64,000 nt of DNA from Bacteroidia bacterium. GTDB lineage: Bacteria; Bacteroidota; Bacteroidia; NS11-12g; UBA9320. Both the position numbers and the translations under genes were made by a program. Below, piece by piece: positions 29,066 to 39,172 of this stretch; the first letter of the stretch is position 1, and the number at the start of each line of letters is the position of its first letter. Location: contig JAGVMN010000005.1 of assembly GCA_020053795.1 (NCBI GenBank), forward strand, positions 18,907-82,906, read 5' to 3'. Below the pieces are notes generated by a model. It saw only the letters and a list, made by a program, of their open reading frames with translations, was not told where the DNA came from and searched no databases.

Positions 29066-29772
29066 GATTTCAGGTTGTGAAAAACATTTTGCACGTCTTC
29101 GTCCTCTTCCAGGCGGTCAATAAGTTTGTTGACTTCCTCGGCCTTCTCTGAAGTCAGCTCAATGGTTGTATTCGGAATGCGTTCTTTGTCAACCGACAGG
29201 ATAGGTATTTTCAAAGACTCAAGGCCTTTCTGCATATTTCCAAAATCCGAGAAATGAGAATACAGCAATGTTTCACCTTCTTCCTGTTCAATTTCTTCCA
29301 GCCCATAATCTATCAATTGAAGTTCAAGGTCTTCAATATTAAGACCCGTTGGGTCAATCTTAAAAATACATTTCCGGTCGAAAATGAAATCAAGAGATCC
29401 GGTTTTTCCGAGTTCGCCATTGTTTCGGTTGAAGGCCAGCCGGAGATTGGCCACAGTTCTGGTGGGGTTATCGGTAGCAGTTTCTACAATAATGCAAACG
29501 TTATATGGACCTTTTCCTTCATAAACCTGTTCCTGATAGTCTTTTGCATCCTTGTTTGCGGCCCTCTGGATGGCAGCGTCAATGCGGTCTTTGGGCATAT
29601 TTTCAGACTTGGCATTCTGAATGGCCACACGTAATCTGGGGTTGTTGTCAGGATCGGGGCCACCCTGCTTCACCGACATGGCTATCTCCCTACCGATTCG
29701 GGTAAAGGTTACGGCCATTTTACCCCATCGCTTCATTTTTCTGGCTTTGCGAAATTCAAATGCTCTTCCCAT
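29062..29772 (-). CDS. yebC: YebC/PmpR family DNA-binding transcriptional regulator
   Basis: MGRAFEFRKARKMKRWGKMA...PDPDNNPRLRVAIQNAKSENMPKDRIDAAIQRA. Confidence 0.9.
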   Translation of the reverse strand: MGRAFEFRKARKMKRWGKMAVTFTRIGREIAMSVKQGGPDPDNNPRLRVAIQNAKSENMPKDRIDAAIQRAANKDAKDYQEQVYEGKGPYNVCIIVETATDNPTRTVANLRLAFNRNNGELGKTGSLDFIFDRKCIFKIDPTGLNIEDLELQLIDYGLEEIEQEEGETLLYSHFSDFGNMQKGLESLKIPILSVDKERIPNTTIELTSEKAEEVNKLIDRLEEDEDVQNVFHNLKS

Positions 29773-29830
29773 AGTTTCTATTCAATAAAATGCGAATTTC
29801 GGTTGACGCAAGCTAATAGACAATATTAGA

Positions 29831-31261
29831 TCAGAAACTATGTCCAAAAGCATTAAGACTTTCAGGCTTCTGCTTTTTACATTCCTTTAATTCTATCACT
29901 TCAATTCCAGTATTTTCGGCATAAAGATGCTGTATTAAAATTCGGCAAATCTCAGTATAATTTCGCTGCGGAATGAGATAGGGTTTGACATTGCTGTTTT
30001 TGGTAAAAACAAAATCCTTATCAACAAAGCCATATCCCTTATATATGCCATCTTCTAAAAGAACAAATGCCTGCTCTTTAAAATTTCTGCCTTGAAGTTT
30101 GAAAAGAAAACGGCCACTTAGTTGCCAATCGGCAGCTAAGGCAGATTTAACTTTTTTATTGTAAACTTCTGTCTCCAAATTCCCACTGCAAACACATTTG
30201 CAGTTTCCCGATAAACATTCGCTGGAAGAATCAAGGCCACAGAGGGCCGGGCACAAATCATGCTGTTCGGTTAAATATTTCAAATAGGCCCTTGCCTGCA
30301 ATGGATTGCTGAAAGAACCTTTCAACTGCAACCATCCGGATTTTTTGGCAATGCCTATTCGGTTCAATCCATTTCGGTCTTCATAACAAAGTAATCCATA
30401 AGCATTTGAAGCAAATTTTGCCGCCTTGTTGTACTCAGGGAAAAAGAATTTAATGTCGTGTGCTTCCACTAAAAAAGCCAGCAATTCGCTTCCCGTTCTT
30501 GTGTACTCGATATTCGTTGTAACATCCTTCAGGGCACTTTTGCCCGGTTCATAATCACGGAAGTGGCTTTCAACCCTTTGACGGATGTTCTTTGCCTTAC
30601 CCACGTAAAGCACTTTTCCCTTGCTGTCAAGAAACCGGTAAACACCGGTATCGGTTGGCAAATTGAGAAAATGATTTTTGTCCAATGCCGGTGGTAGTGT
30701 TGATTCTCTCTTCTGCCTGTTAAGAGCTGTTTCAAGGTGGCCGTTCACATCATTTTGGAGTAATAAAATCAACAATTTCGCTGTGGCCATCGCATCTCCC
30801 AGGGCCCTGTGCCTGCCAGTAATCTCAATTCCCAGTTTCTGGCAAATCTTACTTAGGCTGTAAGAGGATAAATTTGGAAAAATGCTGCGGCTCAGCCTCA
30901 CTGTACAGATGCGTTGCGTGTTGAAACTAATGCCTTCGCTGGCCAATTGGTATTTCAGAATGCCATAGTCGAATGCTACGCTGTGTGCCACAAAAATTCT
31001 GTCGCTGATCATATCGAGAAAGTCCGATGCTATTTCACCAAATACAGGTGCTACGGCAACCATCTCCTGTGTAATACCTGTCAACAGGGTGATATTTCTG
31101 GGAATGAATTCACGGGGATTAACCAACGTACTCCATTGTCCGGTTATTTTTCCATCATCAACCGTCACCACAGCTACTTCCGTCACTTTGTTACTACGGC
31201 CCGTGGTTTCTATATCTACAACAGCGAATTTCAATCTTTCAACAAATAACCCAACATGCAA
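29831..31261 (-). CDS. DnaQ-like 3'-5' exonuclease domain fused to a GIY-YIG (UvrC/Cho-like) nuclease domain
   Basis: Exo I FAVVDIETTG, Exo II VAHSVAFDYGIL, Exo III HRALGDAMATAKL. These are followed by GVYRFLDSKGKVLYVGKAKNIRQRVESH (GIY-YIG). Apparent TTG start. Confidence 0.8.
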   Translation of the reverse strand: MHVGLFVERLKFAVVDIETTGRSNKVTEVAVVTVDDGKITGQWSTLVNPREFIPRNITLLTGITQEMVAVAPVFGEIASDFLDMISDRIFVAHSVAFDYGILKYQLASEGISFNTQRICTVRLSRSIFPNLSSYSLSKICQKLGIEITGRHRALGDAMATAKLLILLLQNDVNGHLETALNRQKRESTLPPALDKNHFLNLPTDTGVYRFLDSKGKVLYVGKAKNIRQRVESHFRDYEPGKSALKDVTTNIEYTRTGSELLAFLVEAHDIKFFFPEYNKAAKFASNAYGLLCYEDRNGLNRIGIAKKSGWLQLKGSFSNPLQARAYLKYLTEQHDLCPALCGLDSSSECLSGNCKCVCSGNLETEVYNKKVKSALAADWQLSGRFLFKLQGRNFKEQAFVLLEDGIYKGYGFVDKDFVFTKNSNVKPYLIPQRNYTEICRILIQHLYAENTGIEVIELKECKKQKPESLNAFGHSF

Positions 31262-31271
31262 AGGTACATTT

Positions 31272-31314
31272 TGAATAAAACAAAAGCCGCTCTGTTTGTC
31301 AACAGCAGCGGCTT
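31272..31314 (-). terminator. Rho-independent terminator after the T9SS hydrolase gene
   Basis: Minus strand reads gaagccgctgctgtt-gaca-aacagagcggctt followed by ttgttttattc. Confidence 0.75.
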
Positions 31315-31338
31315 CTATTATTAAATTAATCTGAGGTT

Positions 31339-33024
31339 TTAATCAACCAAAAGCTTTTTAACTCCAAAGCCCTGGTCGGTTTCTATTTCTATAAAATAAA
31401 TCCCTTTAGTTAGAGAAGGCATTTCCAAAACATATTCGTAAGTATTCAGGTTGCTGGCCTGATAAACAGGGCGACCATTAATATCTGTCAGTTTGATCCC
31501 CTGAATGTTTCCTTTATCCGACCGAATCACCGTGAAAGCGGCGGCTGGGTTCGGATACACTTTCAGAGAAGAAGAGACGGATGTGTTTTGAACCGAAAGT
31601 TGTGTCGCAGAATAATATCCAAGTAGAACTGAAAGCCTACGACACATGTAACCGGCAATAGTGTCAATATAGGCAGATGCCTTGGTCTTACTCATATCCG
31701 GGTTGCTGGATAAGGCTGCTTGATGAGCAGTTGTTGTCGGCGGTGCAACAATACATGTAGATGTGGGTCCAGCTGGATCCCACCATTGCCAGGGAGAAGC
31801 CTGATTAGAAAAGTCTGATACCAAAGGGAGCAGAAATGGATAACAATTCTCCAATTTGTCAGCTATGGTAATATTGTCATCTGGCGATGGATAAATGTAT
31901 GGAACGGTTTTCCCATAAAGTTTTCTTGCACCCATCGTATAAGGATCACTGAATGAATCAGATTTAAATCCAATGTTATTCCCGATTCTGTTAGCTCTAT
32001 CAATAAACTTATTCGGGCCTGGAACATCCACAACAGATTGGGAAATAGGAGGGGGAATGGTTACTAAACCCTGGTTAAACGGTGCAAATGGGTCGCGAAT
32101 ACATTTGAAAGCCATCATCGGGGCATCGCCGGCCTCAATCCATGAGGTATCCGCCATTGCTCCACCAATACCAATGGCCGCACTGATTTTGGCATCATAC
32201 CCGTTTGGAATATATAGATTCAAATTTCCCCCGAAGCCTTCAAGATTTCCGACATTAACAGTGTCTATATAGCTCTTACCGGTTAATGGATTAATAAACT
32301 TGTTAAGTTCCAGTTCAGCAAATCTGTTCAAAGTAGCCACTGAAAAGGTTACATAAGCACCAGAGCCTTCACCAAAAATAACGATTTGATTTGGATTGAT
32401 CCTGTAGGTATTTGCACCTGCAGCATCCTTTTTCAAAACACGAACGCAGGTCTTTACGTCATGAACAACCCTGAATATGCCATTGAGCAAAGATCCCCTT
32501 CTTTCCTGAATAGTTGAAGCCAAAGGATTCCACCCCAAACGATAATCAATGGTTATTGCAACATATCCCCTTTGAGCCATGGTCATACACATCGCAACCG
32601 CAGCACTGTCAGCTCTTGAGCCTGTTGGCGAACCATTGGTGCAGGGGGGGAGAAAGTTACCTGTGTGTAAATAAATAAAAACCGGTCGTCTTGTTGTTGT
32701 ATCATTTGCACTTTTTGGATAATACAGGTCCATTTTCAAATCCGTAACCTTAATATGTGTACTGGTATCAGCAGGATTGTAATAAGCCGCCGGAATAGGA
32801 TTTCCTGTAAACACCGCGGTCTTCAAAACCGTCATATCCGAACCAATTCTGACCGGATCAATGAATTTTGAAACTAAAAAATTCACATTGGTTCCAAATT
32901 TTACGTTGGCATCAACCTGTATTTGGTCAGCACTGAATACGGGTTGTACATAATGAATTTGTGCCTGACTTTGGTAGCTCCACATCATGGAGACAGCCGA
33001 TGATAATAGGGTAATTTTTTTCAT
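31339..33024 (-). CDS. Alpha/beta-hydrolase (esterase/lipase-like) with a type-A T9SS C-terminal sorting domain
   Basis: Signal peptide; VFIYLHTGNF and IVIFGEGSGAY hydrolase-like motifs; C-terminus LKVYPNPAAAFTVI...GIYFIEIETDQGFGVKKLLV. Confidence 0.7.
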   Translation of the reverse strand: MKKITLLSSAVSMMWSYQSQAQIHYVQPVFSADQIQVDANVKFGTNVNFLVSKFIDPVRIGSDMTVLKTAVFTGNPIPAAYYNPADTSTHIKVTDLKMDLYYPKSANDTTTRRPVFIYLHTGNFLPPCTNGSPTGSRADSAAVAMCMTMAQRGYVAITIDYRLGWNPLASTIQERRGSLLNGIFRVVHDVKTCVRVLKKDAAGANTYRINPNQIVIFGEGSGAYVTFSVATLNRFAELELNKFINPLTGKSYIDTVNVGNLEGFGGNLNLYIPNGYDAKISAAIGIGGAMADTSWIEAGDAPMMAFKCIRDPFAPFNQGLVTIPPPISQSVVDVPGPNKFIDRANRIGNNIGFKSDSFSDPYTMGARKLYGKTVPYIYPSPDDNITIADKLENCYPFLLPLVSDFSNQASPWQWWDPAGPTSTCIVAPPTTTAHQAALSSNPDMSKTKASAYIDTIAGYMCRRLSVLLGYYSATQLSVQNTSVSSSLKVYPNPAAAFTVIRSDKGNIQGIKLTDINGRPVYQASNLNTYEYVLEMPSLTKGIYFIEIETDQGFGVKKLLVD

Positions 33025-33101
33025 TTTTCTGTTTTTTTAAGTTAAAATTGGAGATTAATCGAACAAATCTAATAAATTTCTTTTTACAACCAAATTCTGT
33101 T

Positions 33102-35969
33102 TTATTTTTTATTGACCACGGGTTCAAAAAGAATGCTGATGTAAGCCAGTCTCCCAATATAAGGACCGCCATAAACCTGATACCGCTTATTGTCCCATAC
33201 CGACTTCCATTTATTTCCTTTCTCAACTTCTGAATCAAAAAGAGGCCTGATGCCCATTAGATTCGATCCCCCAAGTTTGAGTGTACAATTCGCTTTTTTG
33301 AAGAAATAGTTGATTTGGGCATCCACCATGTCATAAGAAGGAATGAAACCCGTAAACTGAGGAGAACCTTCGAAGGTGAAGCCTTGTACCCATTTGTAAT
33401 TGATTCCAAAACCTAGCTGTTTATAATTAGTATATGGGATTTTTAATTCACGGCCATTCAGTCCAATGTTGTATTTATGTTCAGGAGTATTGAACGCAGG
33501 AATAATTGGATCATCCGCTCCCTCTTTGTTCAGCTTGTTCCAGGAATAGTTTCCGGTTACAGCCATTTTTTTGAAGAAATAACTAACCGAGCCAGAAAAC
33601 CCCTTAGTAGTAACTCTGGAGGTAGCGTTTGCCGCAACTCTGTAAACCACCGGTGCCCCCAGTGGAAATCCTGTAGCCATATCGAAGTCAGAGACCATCC
33701 CTATCACATATCCGATAAAATCGTCATAAATACTGTAATAAACTCCCAAATCTACAAAGACGGAATTGTCCAATAAAAACCCTTTATACCCAAATTCAAT
33801 GGTCTTTACCTTTTCCGGTCTTATTGGGTCAATATTGAAATAATTCAAAATATTAAAACTCTTTAACGAATCCCTATATTCCAGAAAAGATTCAACGGTT
33901 ATAAGAGAGTCAAATCCTGAAAGATTACCCAACAATAAGGCCCTGCCCACATTGTAATATAAATACTGATCGGCTAATGTCGGATTCCTAATAGCAGAAG
34001 AGAATGACAGTCTGAAAATATGTTCCTTTCTGGCTGAATAGACGCCCGAGAATGCAGGAGATAACAGAAAATCGTAATTCTGATTTTTGTCCACTCTTAC
34101 GGTTAGATTGGTCTTGATTTTTTTGTTCATAAAATATTTCTCTGTTCCTCCATATATACCAAACTCATAATTCTTTATAACCACATCTCCAGTGTCTTTG
34201 AAAATTGTTCCCTGCGAATTAGGTTTGTAAATGCGACCACTTCCTCCAAGGACAAAAGTTGCAAACTTCGGTTTGAAAATATACTCCCCCTGAATATGAT
34301 ACAATGCACTACGGTCAAAGAATCTTGTTCCTCCTTCGGTAAACTTTGCCGATGTTATAGCTGCAAAAGCAGAATCAAACCTGTTTGTTCCTACATCATA
34401 TTGTGACAATTTTCCGCCTCCATCTGACTTATTTAAAGCATCCCTGTTTAATGTGTGCCATTTTTTTAGCGAGTCCTGAACATATCCGCGATTGATAAAA
34501 GGGTAATAAATGCTGTCAATCCAATTGTATATAGTGCCGTGTTTTGAGGCATTATAATTTAAGGTGTCCATCATAATTGTGACCTTGGGGTCGTATCGCT
34601 TCCTCCAATTGTTACTGTATATGTCGTTCCATCTGTTATCAGGGAAAGAATACTTATTCAGTAAAATTCCCGCACTTACAATATCATACGAATCACCGCC
34701 ATCTTCCTTTGTGGAATAAATCCTAATGAAGAATTTGTCCTTTTCCCTGTACTCAAGTCTGTTTTGCCAAAACCTGATATTTTTAAGACTGTATCTGTTG
34801 TCACCCTGATAAACAGTTGAACCACCCCCCATGTTAAAAGCATAAATCAACTCATTCTTTTTATTGGGTTTATAATGTAACGAGAAATTAAGTTTGTGGT
34901 TGCTGGTTTGATAATCTACCAGATCTATTTCTTTGTATCCGTCCCGATAAAAAACACCTAGACCCTTATTTTCAAAAATTGCCACAGGTTCAGTGTAATC
35001 ATTGTTTTGCTGGACATCTTCATCCCCATAAATGTTAATTGCATCATAACCGCCGGGATTCTTTTCATCATGTTCCGAATTGGATGCCGGAGCATAATTG
35101 GTAGCCTTCCAATCCAACGCAGAAAAAGTCAGGAAGCTCAGGCGGTATGCAAACCGATCCATTCCTTTTTTGTCTTTAAATACCTCGGCTTGCCTGAAGG
35201 ATATTTCCCGAAGGTTTCGCTCTCCCATCTTTGCCTGTATAGAAAAACCATTGAAAACAAATGGATCTTTTGTTTCCATAAAGATGACCCCGTTAAAGGC
35301 ATTGGGTCCGTAAAAGGCAGAACTCGCCCCTGCAATCACATCAACTTGTTTCACATCCAAGTCCGAGGCTCCTAGGAAGTTTCCCAGTGAAAAATTCAAT
35401 CCGGGTGACTGATTGTCCACCCCGTCTATCAGTTGAAGACTCCTGACAGGGCTGGTGCTGTTAAATCCACGCGTATTGATGACCCTGAAACCAAGACTCG
35501 CCGAGGTAATGTCCACTCCTTTCAGGTTTCCGAGACTTTCATAAAAATTCGCTGCAGAGGCTTCCTTAATGTTTTTTATGCCAATTGACTCAACGGTCAA
35601 CGGGGATTCCTTTTGTTTCTCTGTGATTCTGACGGTCTTGACTACCACTTGCCCAAGTGTCTTGCTGTCAGACTCCAATTGAATAACCAATGGTTTCGCC
35701 GAATAAGTCACATTTATTTCTTTCGGAAAATAGCCCATATAAGTTACAACCAACACCACCGGCAGCTTATCAACTACCAGCGTAAATTTCCCGTCCGGGT
35801 CTGTTATGGTTCCTTTCGGGAGATTTTTGACTTTCAGGGAGGCGGCGTTCAATGGAGAATTGTCAGCCTTATCGGTTACTCGCCCTGTGATGGTAACCTG
35901 AGAAAAAAGTACGAACGGGGCAAACATTAACAGCAAAAGAAAGGAGGGGTAAATCTGTTTCATAAGCAA
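33102..35969 (-). CDS. TonB-dependent receptor with an N-terminal carboxypeptidase-regulatory-like domain
   Basis: 955 aa. VTITGRVTDKADNSPLNAASLKV, plug region (LEGKVPGV-like LGNLKGVDITSASLGFRVINTRGFNS), then a long beta-barrel. Confidence 0.8.
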   Translation of the reverse strand: MLMKQIYPSFLLLLMFAPFVLFSQVTITGRVTDKADNSPLNAASLKVKNLPKGTITDPDGKFTLVVDKLPVVLVVTYMGYFPKEINVTYSAKPLVIQLESDSKTLGQVVVKTVRITEKQKESPLTVESIGIKNIKEASAANFYESLGNLKGVDITSASLGFRVINTRGFNSTSPVRSLQLIDGVDNQSPGLNFSLGNFLGASDLDVKQVDVIAGASSAFYGPNAFNGVIFMETKDPFVFNGFSIQAKMGERNLREISFRQAEVFKDKKGMDRFAYRLSFLTFSALDWKATNYAPASNSEHDEKNPGGYDAINIYGDEDVQQNNDYTEPVAIFENKGLGVFYRDGYKEIDLVDYQTSNHKLNFSLHYKPNKKNELIYAFNMGGGSTVYQGDNRYSLKNIRFWQNRLEYREKDKFFIRIYSTKEDGGDSYDIVSAGILLNKYSFPDNRWNDIYSNNWRKRYDPKVTIMMDTLNYNASKHGTIYNWIDSIYYPFINRGYVQDSLKKWHTLNRDALNKSDGGGKLSQYDVGTNRFDSAFAAITSAKFTEGGTRFFDRSALYHIQGEYIFKPKFATFVLGGSGRIYKPNSQGTIFKDTGDVVIKNYEFGIYGGTEKYFMNKKIKTNLTVRVDKNQNYDFLLSPAFSGVYSARKEHIFRLSFSSAIRNPTLADQYLYYNVGRALLLGNLSGFDSLITVESFLEYRDSLKSFNILNYFNIDPIRPEKVKTIEFGYKGFLLDNSVFVDLGVYYSIYDDFIGYVIGMVSDFDMATGFPLGAPVVYRVAANATSRVTTKGFSGSVSYFFKKMAVTGNYSWNKLNKEGADDPIIPAFNTPEHKYNIGLNGRELKIPYTNYKQLGFGINYKWVQGFTFEGSPQFTGFIPSYDMVDAQINYFFKKANCTLKLGGSNLMGIRPLFDSEVEKGNKWKSVWDNKRYQVYGGPYIGRLAYISILFEPVVNKK

Positions 35970-36158
35970 TTAAATTTGGTTTATGTTGACATAAAATATC
36001 CTTTTTAAATGGTCTGTTGAAGTCTGATTTCAACAATAATCATTTCATTAATAGTTCGATTATCGGATATTTTTCTGAAACGGAAAAATATTACTCAGAT
36101 ATTCAGAGCTTAATGGAGCAATCAACACGTTACATTTGAAAAACGCCATCCTGAATTT

Positions 36159-37082
36159 CTAATAACACATCCCTTCTTCGGCAATGGAAAAATGGCTGTC
36201 AGCAATGTATTTACGGCGATCCTGATTCCAAAGAACGGGATTCGTGTGATTGAAGTGAATAAAATGGATATTCCTTTTTTCGTTTTCTTTCAGGCCTTTA
36301 AATTTTTCAAGGGACTCGGAAATGAAAGGATGCGGTATCTCTGACATGTCTCTGTTTAGTTCGCCATTGGCAAAAAAAGTGGCGTCTAAAAAAGCAATGT
36401 CAACCTCTTTAACTTCATCAATGATGCTTCTATTCCATCGTTCCCATTTGTCAATGTCCGGAATAAAAAGGAATTTCCTCCCGGGAATTTCAATGCGGTA
36501 TCCTACTGTTTCGGAATACTCATCGCGGTGAGGCACTAAAAACGGAGTGATTTTAATTTTATCCGTTAACCATATTGCTGAATCTTCTTTCAACCCAACC
36601 GAATGAATATTCCTCAGGGAAATCAACTGATCCCATGGGCCATTCCTTTCAAGAAATTTCCTGAATCGCGGCATGACGTAAACCGGAACCTGATTCGTGC
36701 CCATGGCCTCTCTCCCCAAATTGATCAACCCTGCATAATGGCCCATATGAGCATGGGTAAGAAAAATACCATCCGGAGCTTTTTTGTCCATCATTCCAGA
36801 TCGGGTTCTGATGTTTTGCCATTGTTTAGTGAAATCCGGTGTTGCCTCTATCAACCAAATTTTGCCGTTTGTTTTATCCACAATACCCAAACACACGGGG
36901 CTATTTCCCTTTTGCTTTCCTTTCCAATATTTCTCGCAACACTTTTTGGCACAACCTGCTTGTGGATAACCCCCATCCTGAGCAACACCCAGAACCATTA
37001 CATAAATATCGGTTGATGTCTCCTCTTTAGTTACACATGAACCCAAACTAATAATCAGGGCGATAAAAAGAAATTTGATCAT
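36159..37082 (-). CDS. MBL-fold metallo-hydrolase, PqqB-like (lipoprotein)
   Basis: The internal Met at 37082 gives the lipoprotein signal MIKFLFIALIISLGSC and removes the overlap with the ABC-F gene. Metal motif LTHAHMGHYAGL. Confidence 0.7.
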   Translation of the reverse strand: MIKFLFIALIISLGSCVTKEETSTDIYVMVLGVAQDGGYPQAGCAKKCCEKYWKGKQKGNSPVCLGIVDKTNGKIWLIEATPDFTKQWQNIRTRSGMMDKKAPDGIFLTHAHMGHYAGLINLGREAMGTNQVPVYVMPRFRKFLERNGPWDQLISLRNIHSVGLKEDSAIWLTDKIKITPFLVPHRDEYSETVGYRIEIPGRKFLFIPDIDKWERWNRSIIDEVKEVDIAFLDATFFANGELNRDMSEIPHPFISESLEKFKGLKENEKRNIHFIHFNHTNPVLWNQDRRKYIADSHFSIAEEGMCY

Positions 37083-37093
37083 CTGTGGCAATT

Positions 37094-38986
37094 CTAATTT
37101 TCCAATTCCGACAGCTCCAGCCATCGCATTCCCTTCTCCTCAATCAGTGGGATTATTTCGCTGATGCGGCCTGATATCTTTTGCAATACTTCGTAATTTG
37201 ATCCGCTTTCTGCAAGGGTTTTTTCCAGTAATACTTTTTCGCCCTCGAGAGTCGCTATTTCCTTTTCAAGGTTTTCAAATTCAAATTTCTCTTTGAAACT
37301 CATTTTCTTCTTCTCCTTAGTTGGAGTGTTTGAAACCTGCATCCCGCTCTTTTTGTCTATGGCCTTTTGTTCTTTTTCCTTTTGCTCACTTTCTTCTTTT
37401 TCGACCCTGTATTCGGTATAGTTCCCGTTAAAATCGCGAACCACTGCATTTCCTTCAAAAATGAAAAGGTGATCAACAAGGGTATCCATGAAATACCTGT
37501 CGTGCGAAACCAAAATTAAACAACCTCCAAAGCTCTGAAGAAACTCTTCCAACTTGTTCAGGGTCAGGAGGTCGAGATCATTAGTGGGCTCATCCAGTAT
37601 CAGAAAGTTGGGATTGCGGATGAGTACCGTCAACAAATACAATCTTCGTTTCTCACCACCACTCAGTTTGGAAACATAGGTGTACTGCATCGCCGGGGAA
37701 AACATAAACTGCTGCAAAAGCTGTGATGCCGATATAGAAGTCCCGTCGCCCATGATGATAACGTCGGCAATGTCTTTTAAAACATCAATGACCCGTTTAT
37801 CTCCCTTTAGGGCAATGCCCTCTTGCGAATAGTAACCGTAAACGATGGTTTCTCCCGTGTTGATCTTGCCTGAATCAGGCTGCTCTATCCCGGTGATCAA
37901 ATTCAGGAATGTTGTCTTTCCGGTACCGTTGGCACCTATAATTCCTATTCTCTCACCTTTTTTAAATGTATAATCAAAGCCTTTTAAAATCGTCAGGTCA
38001 CCATAGCTTTTTGAAACTTTTTTCAATTCCAGTATCTTGCCCCCGATTCGGGTCATCTTTACTTCCAGCTTCAGCTCTTCAACCTTTTTCCCGGATGTGG
38101 CTTTCTCTTCAATCTGATAAAAAGATTCTATCCTTGATTTCGATTTGGTTGTCCTGGCTTTCGGACTCCTCCGCATCCATTCCAGCTCCTTTTTCATCAG
38201 CAGCCCGGCCTTGTCAATCTCTGTTTTGAAGGCAGTTTCCCGCTCGGCCCGTTTTTCTAAAAAATAGGCATAGCCGCCTTTGTGGTGATAGAGTTCGCCA
38301 TCGTTCATTTCCAGAATCTGGTTACAGACATTGTCGAGAAAATACCTGTCGTGAGTCACCATCAACAAAGTGACATTGTTTTGAGACAAGTACTTTTCCA
38401 GCCACTCAATCATGGCGATGTCCAGATGGTTGGTTGGTTCATCCAGAATCAGCAGTTCGGGTTCGTCTAAAAGTACCAAAGCCATGGCCAGTCTTTTCTT
38501 TTGCCCACCCGAAAGTGAAAAGATTCGCTGATCGAGGTCTTTGATATTGAACTTGCCTAATATCTGTTTGATCCTGCGTTCATAATCCCAGGCATTGTTC
38601 TCATCCATTTTGGCCGAAGCCTGCTCCAGGGCCTTTTGTGCCTCCGGGGTATGATGAACAATCTGAGCTTCCAGGGCATGTTCGTATTTCAGGATGATGG
38701 CCATGACCTCTGAATGTCCACTTAAAATGAGTTGTTCAATGGTCAGACTTTCGTCAAAGACCGGTTCCTGTTCCAAAAAACCAATCCGAATACCCTCCCT
38801 GACAGCCACTTTACCGCTATCGGGGGTGTCCCAGCCCACCAATATTTTTAACAAGGAGGTTTTCCCGGTGCCATTATTGGCGATCAGGGCTATTTTATCT
38901 CCTTTGCTCAGGCCAAAACTGAGACCCTCAAACAATACCCTTTCGCCGTAATCCTTTGAAATGTTTTCTGCTGAAATGTAATTCAT
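37094..38986 (-). CDS. ABC-F family ATPase (Uup/EttA-like, two NBDs plus a C-terminal coiled coil)
   Basis: Two Walker A motifs (GNNGTGKTS, GANGTGKTT), two LSGG signatures (LSGGQKKR, LSGGEKRR), and no TM domain. Confidence 0.9.
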   Translation of the reverse strand: MNYISAENISKDYGERVLFEGLSFGLSKGDKIALIANNGTGKTSLLKILVGWDTPDSGKVAVREGIRIGFLEQEPVFDESLTIEQLILSGHSEVMAIILKYEHALEAQIVHHTPEAQKALEQASAKMDENNAWDYERRIKQILGKFNIKDLDQRIFSLSGGQKKRLAMALVLLDEPELLILDEPTNHLDIAMIEWLEKYLSQNNVTLLMVTHDRYFLDNVCNQILEMNDGELYHHKGGYAYFLEKRAERETAFKTEIDKAGLLMKKELEWMRRSPKARTTKSKSRIESFYQIEEKATSGKKVEELKLEVKMTRIGGKILELKKVSKSYGDLTILKGFDYTFKKGERIGIIGANGTGKTTFLNLITGIEQPDSGKINTGETIVYGYYSQEGIALKGDKRVIDVLKDIADVIIMGDGTSISASQLLQQFMFSPAMQYTYVSKLSGGEKRRLYLLTVLIRNPNFLILDEPTNDLDLLTLNKLEEFLQSFGGCLILVSHDRYFMDTLVDHLFIFEGNAVVRDFNGNYTEYRVEKEESEQKEKEQKAIDKKSGMQVSNTPTKEKKKMSFKEKFEFENLEKEIATLEGEKVLLEKTLAESGSNYEVLQKISGRISEIIPLIEEKGMRWLELSELEN

Positions 38987-39093
38987 ATAGTCAGGGGCAA
39001 AGATAGGGTTGAAAATAGTGTGAGTTATGAATCAATGCGGTTTACTTGATTGAATCGGTTCCGTAGAGCATGTCCCAATCTCATAGACTCTAT

Positions 39094-39161
39094 CGCACAG
39101 AGACACGGAGAAGCACGGAGGCGAAAAAAAATAGCTCTGTGTGTCTTTGTGTCTCCGTGCG
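39094..39161. repeat. Imperfect inverted repeat built of CACGGAG/CACAGAG-type words
   Basis: Left arm cgcacagagacacggagaagcacggag (39094-39120) versus the reverse complement of ctctgtgtgtctttgtgtctccgtgcg (39135-39161): 21/27 matches by hand alignment. A-rich loop. Confidence 0.7.
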
Positions 39162-39172
39162 AATCTGAATTT

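Noticed and set aside
16782-31261. Unusual frequency of TTG/GTG starts (PBP1A, birA, exonuclease fusion, ECF sigma, DUF4286)
   Set aside because: The ORF track extends to the most upstream alternative start, and true starts cannot be fixed without RBS or N-terminal data. I treated this as an annotation uncertainty, not as biology.
35970-36158. Possible riboswitch upstream of the TonB-dependent receptor
   Set aside because: The only structure is a small hairpin (gttgaa...ttcaac). I found none of the conserved cobalamin, TPP or other riboswitch cores I know.
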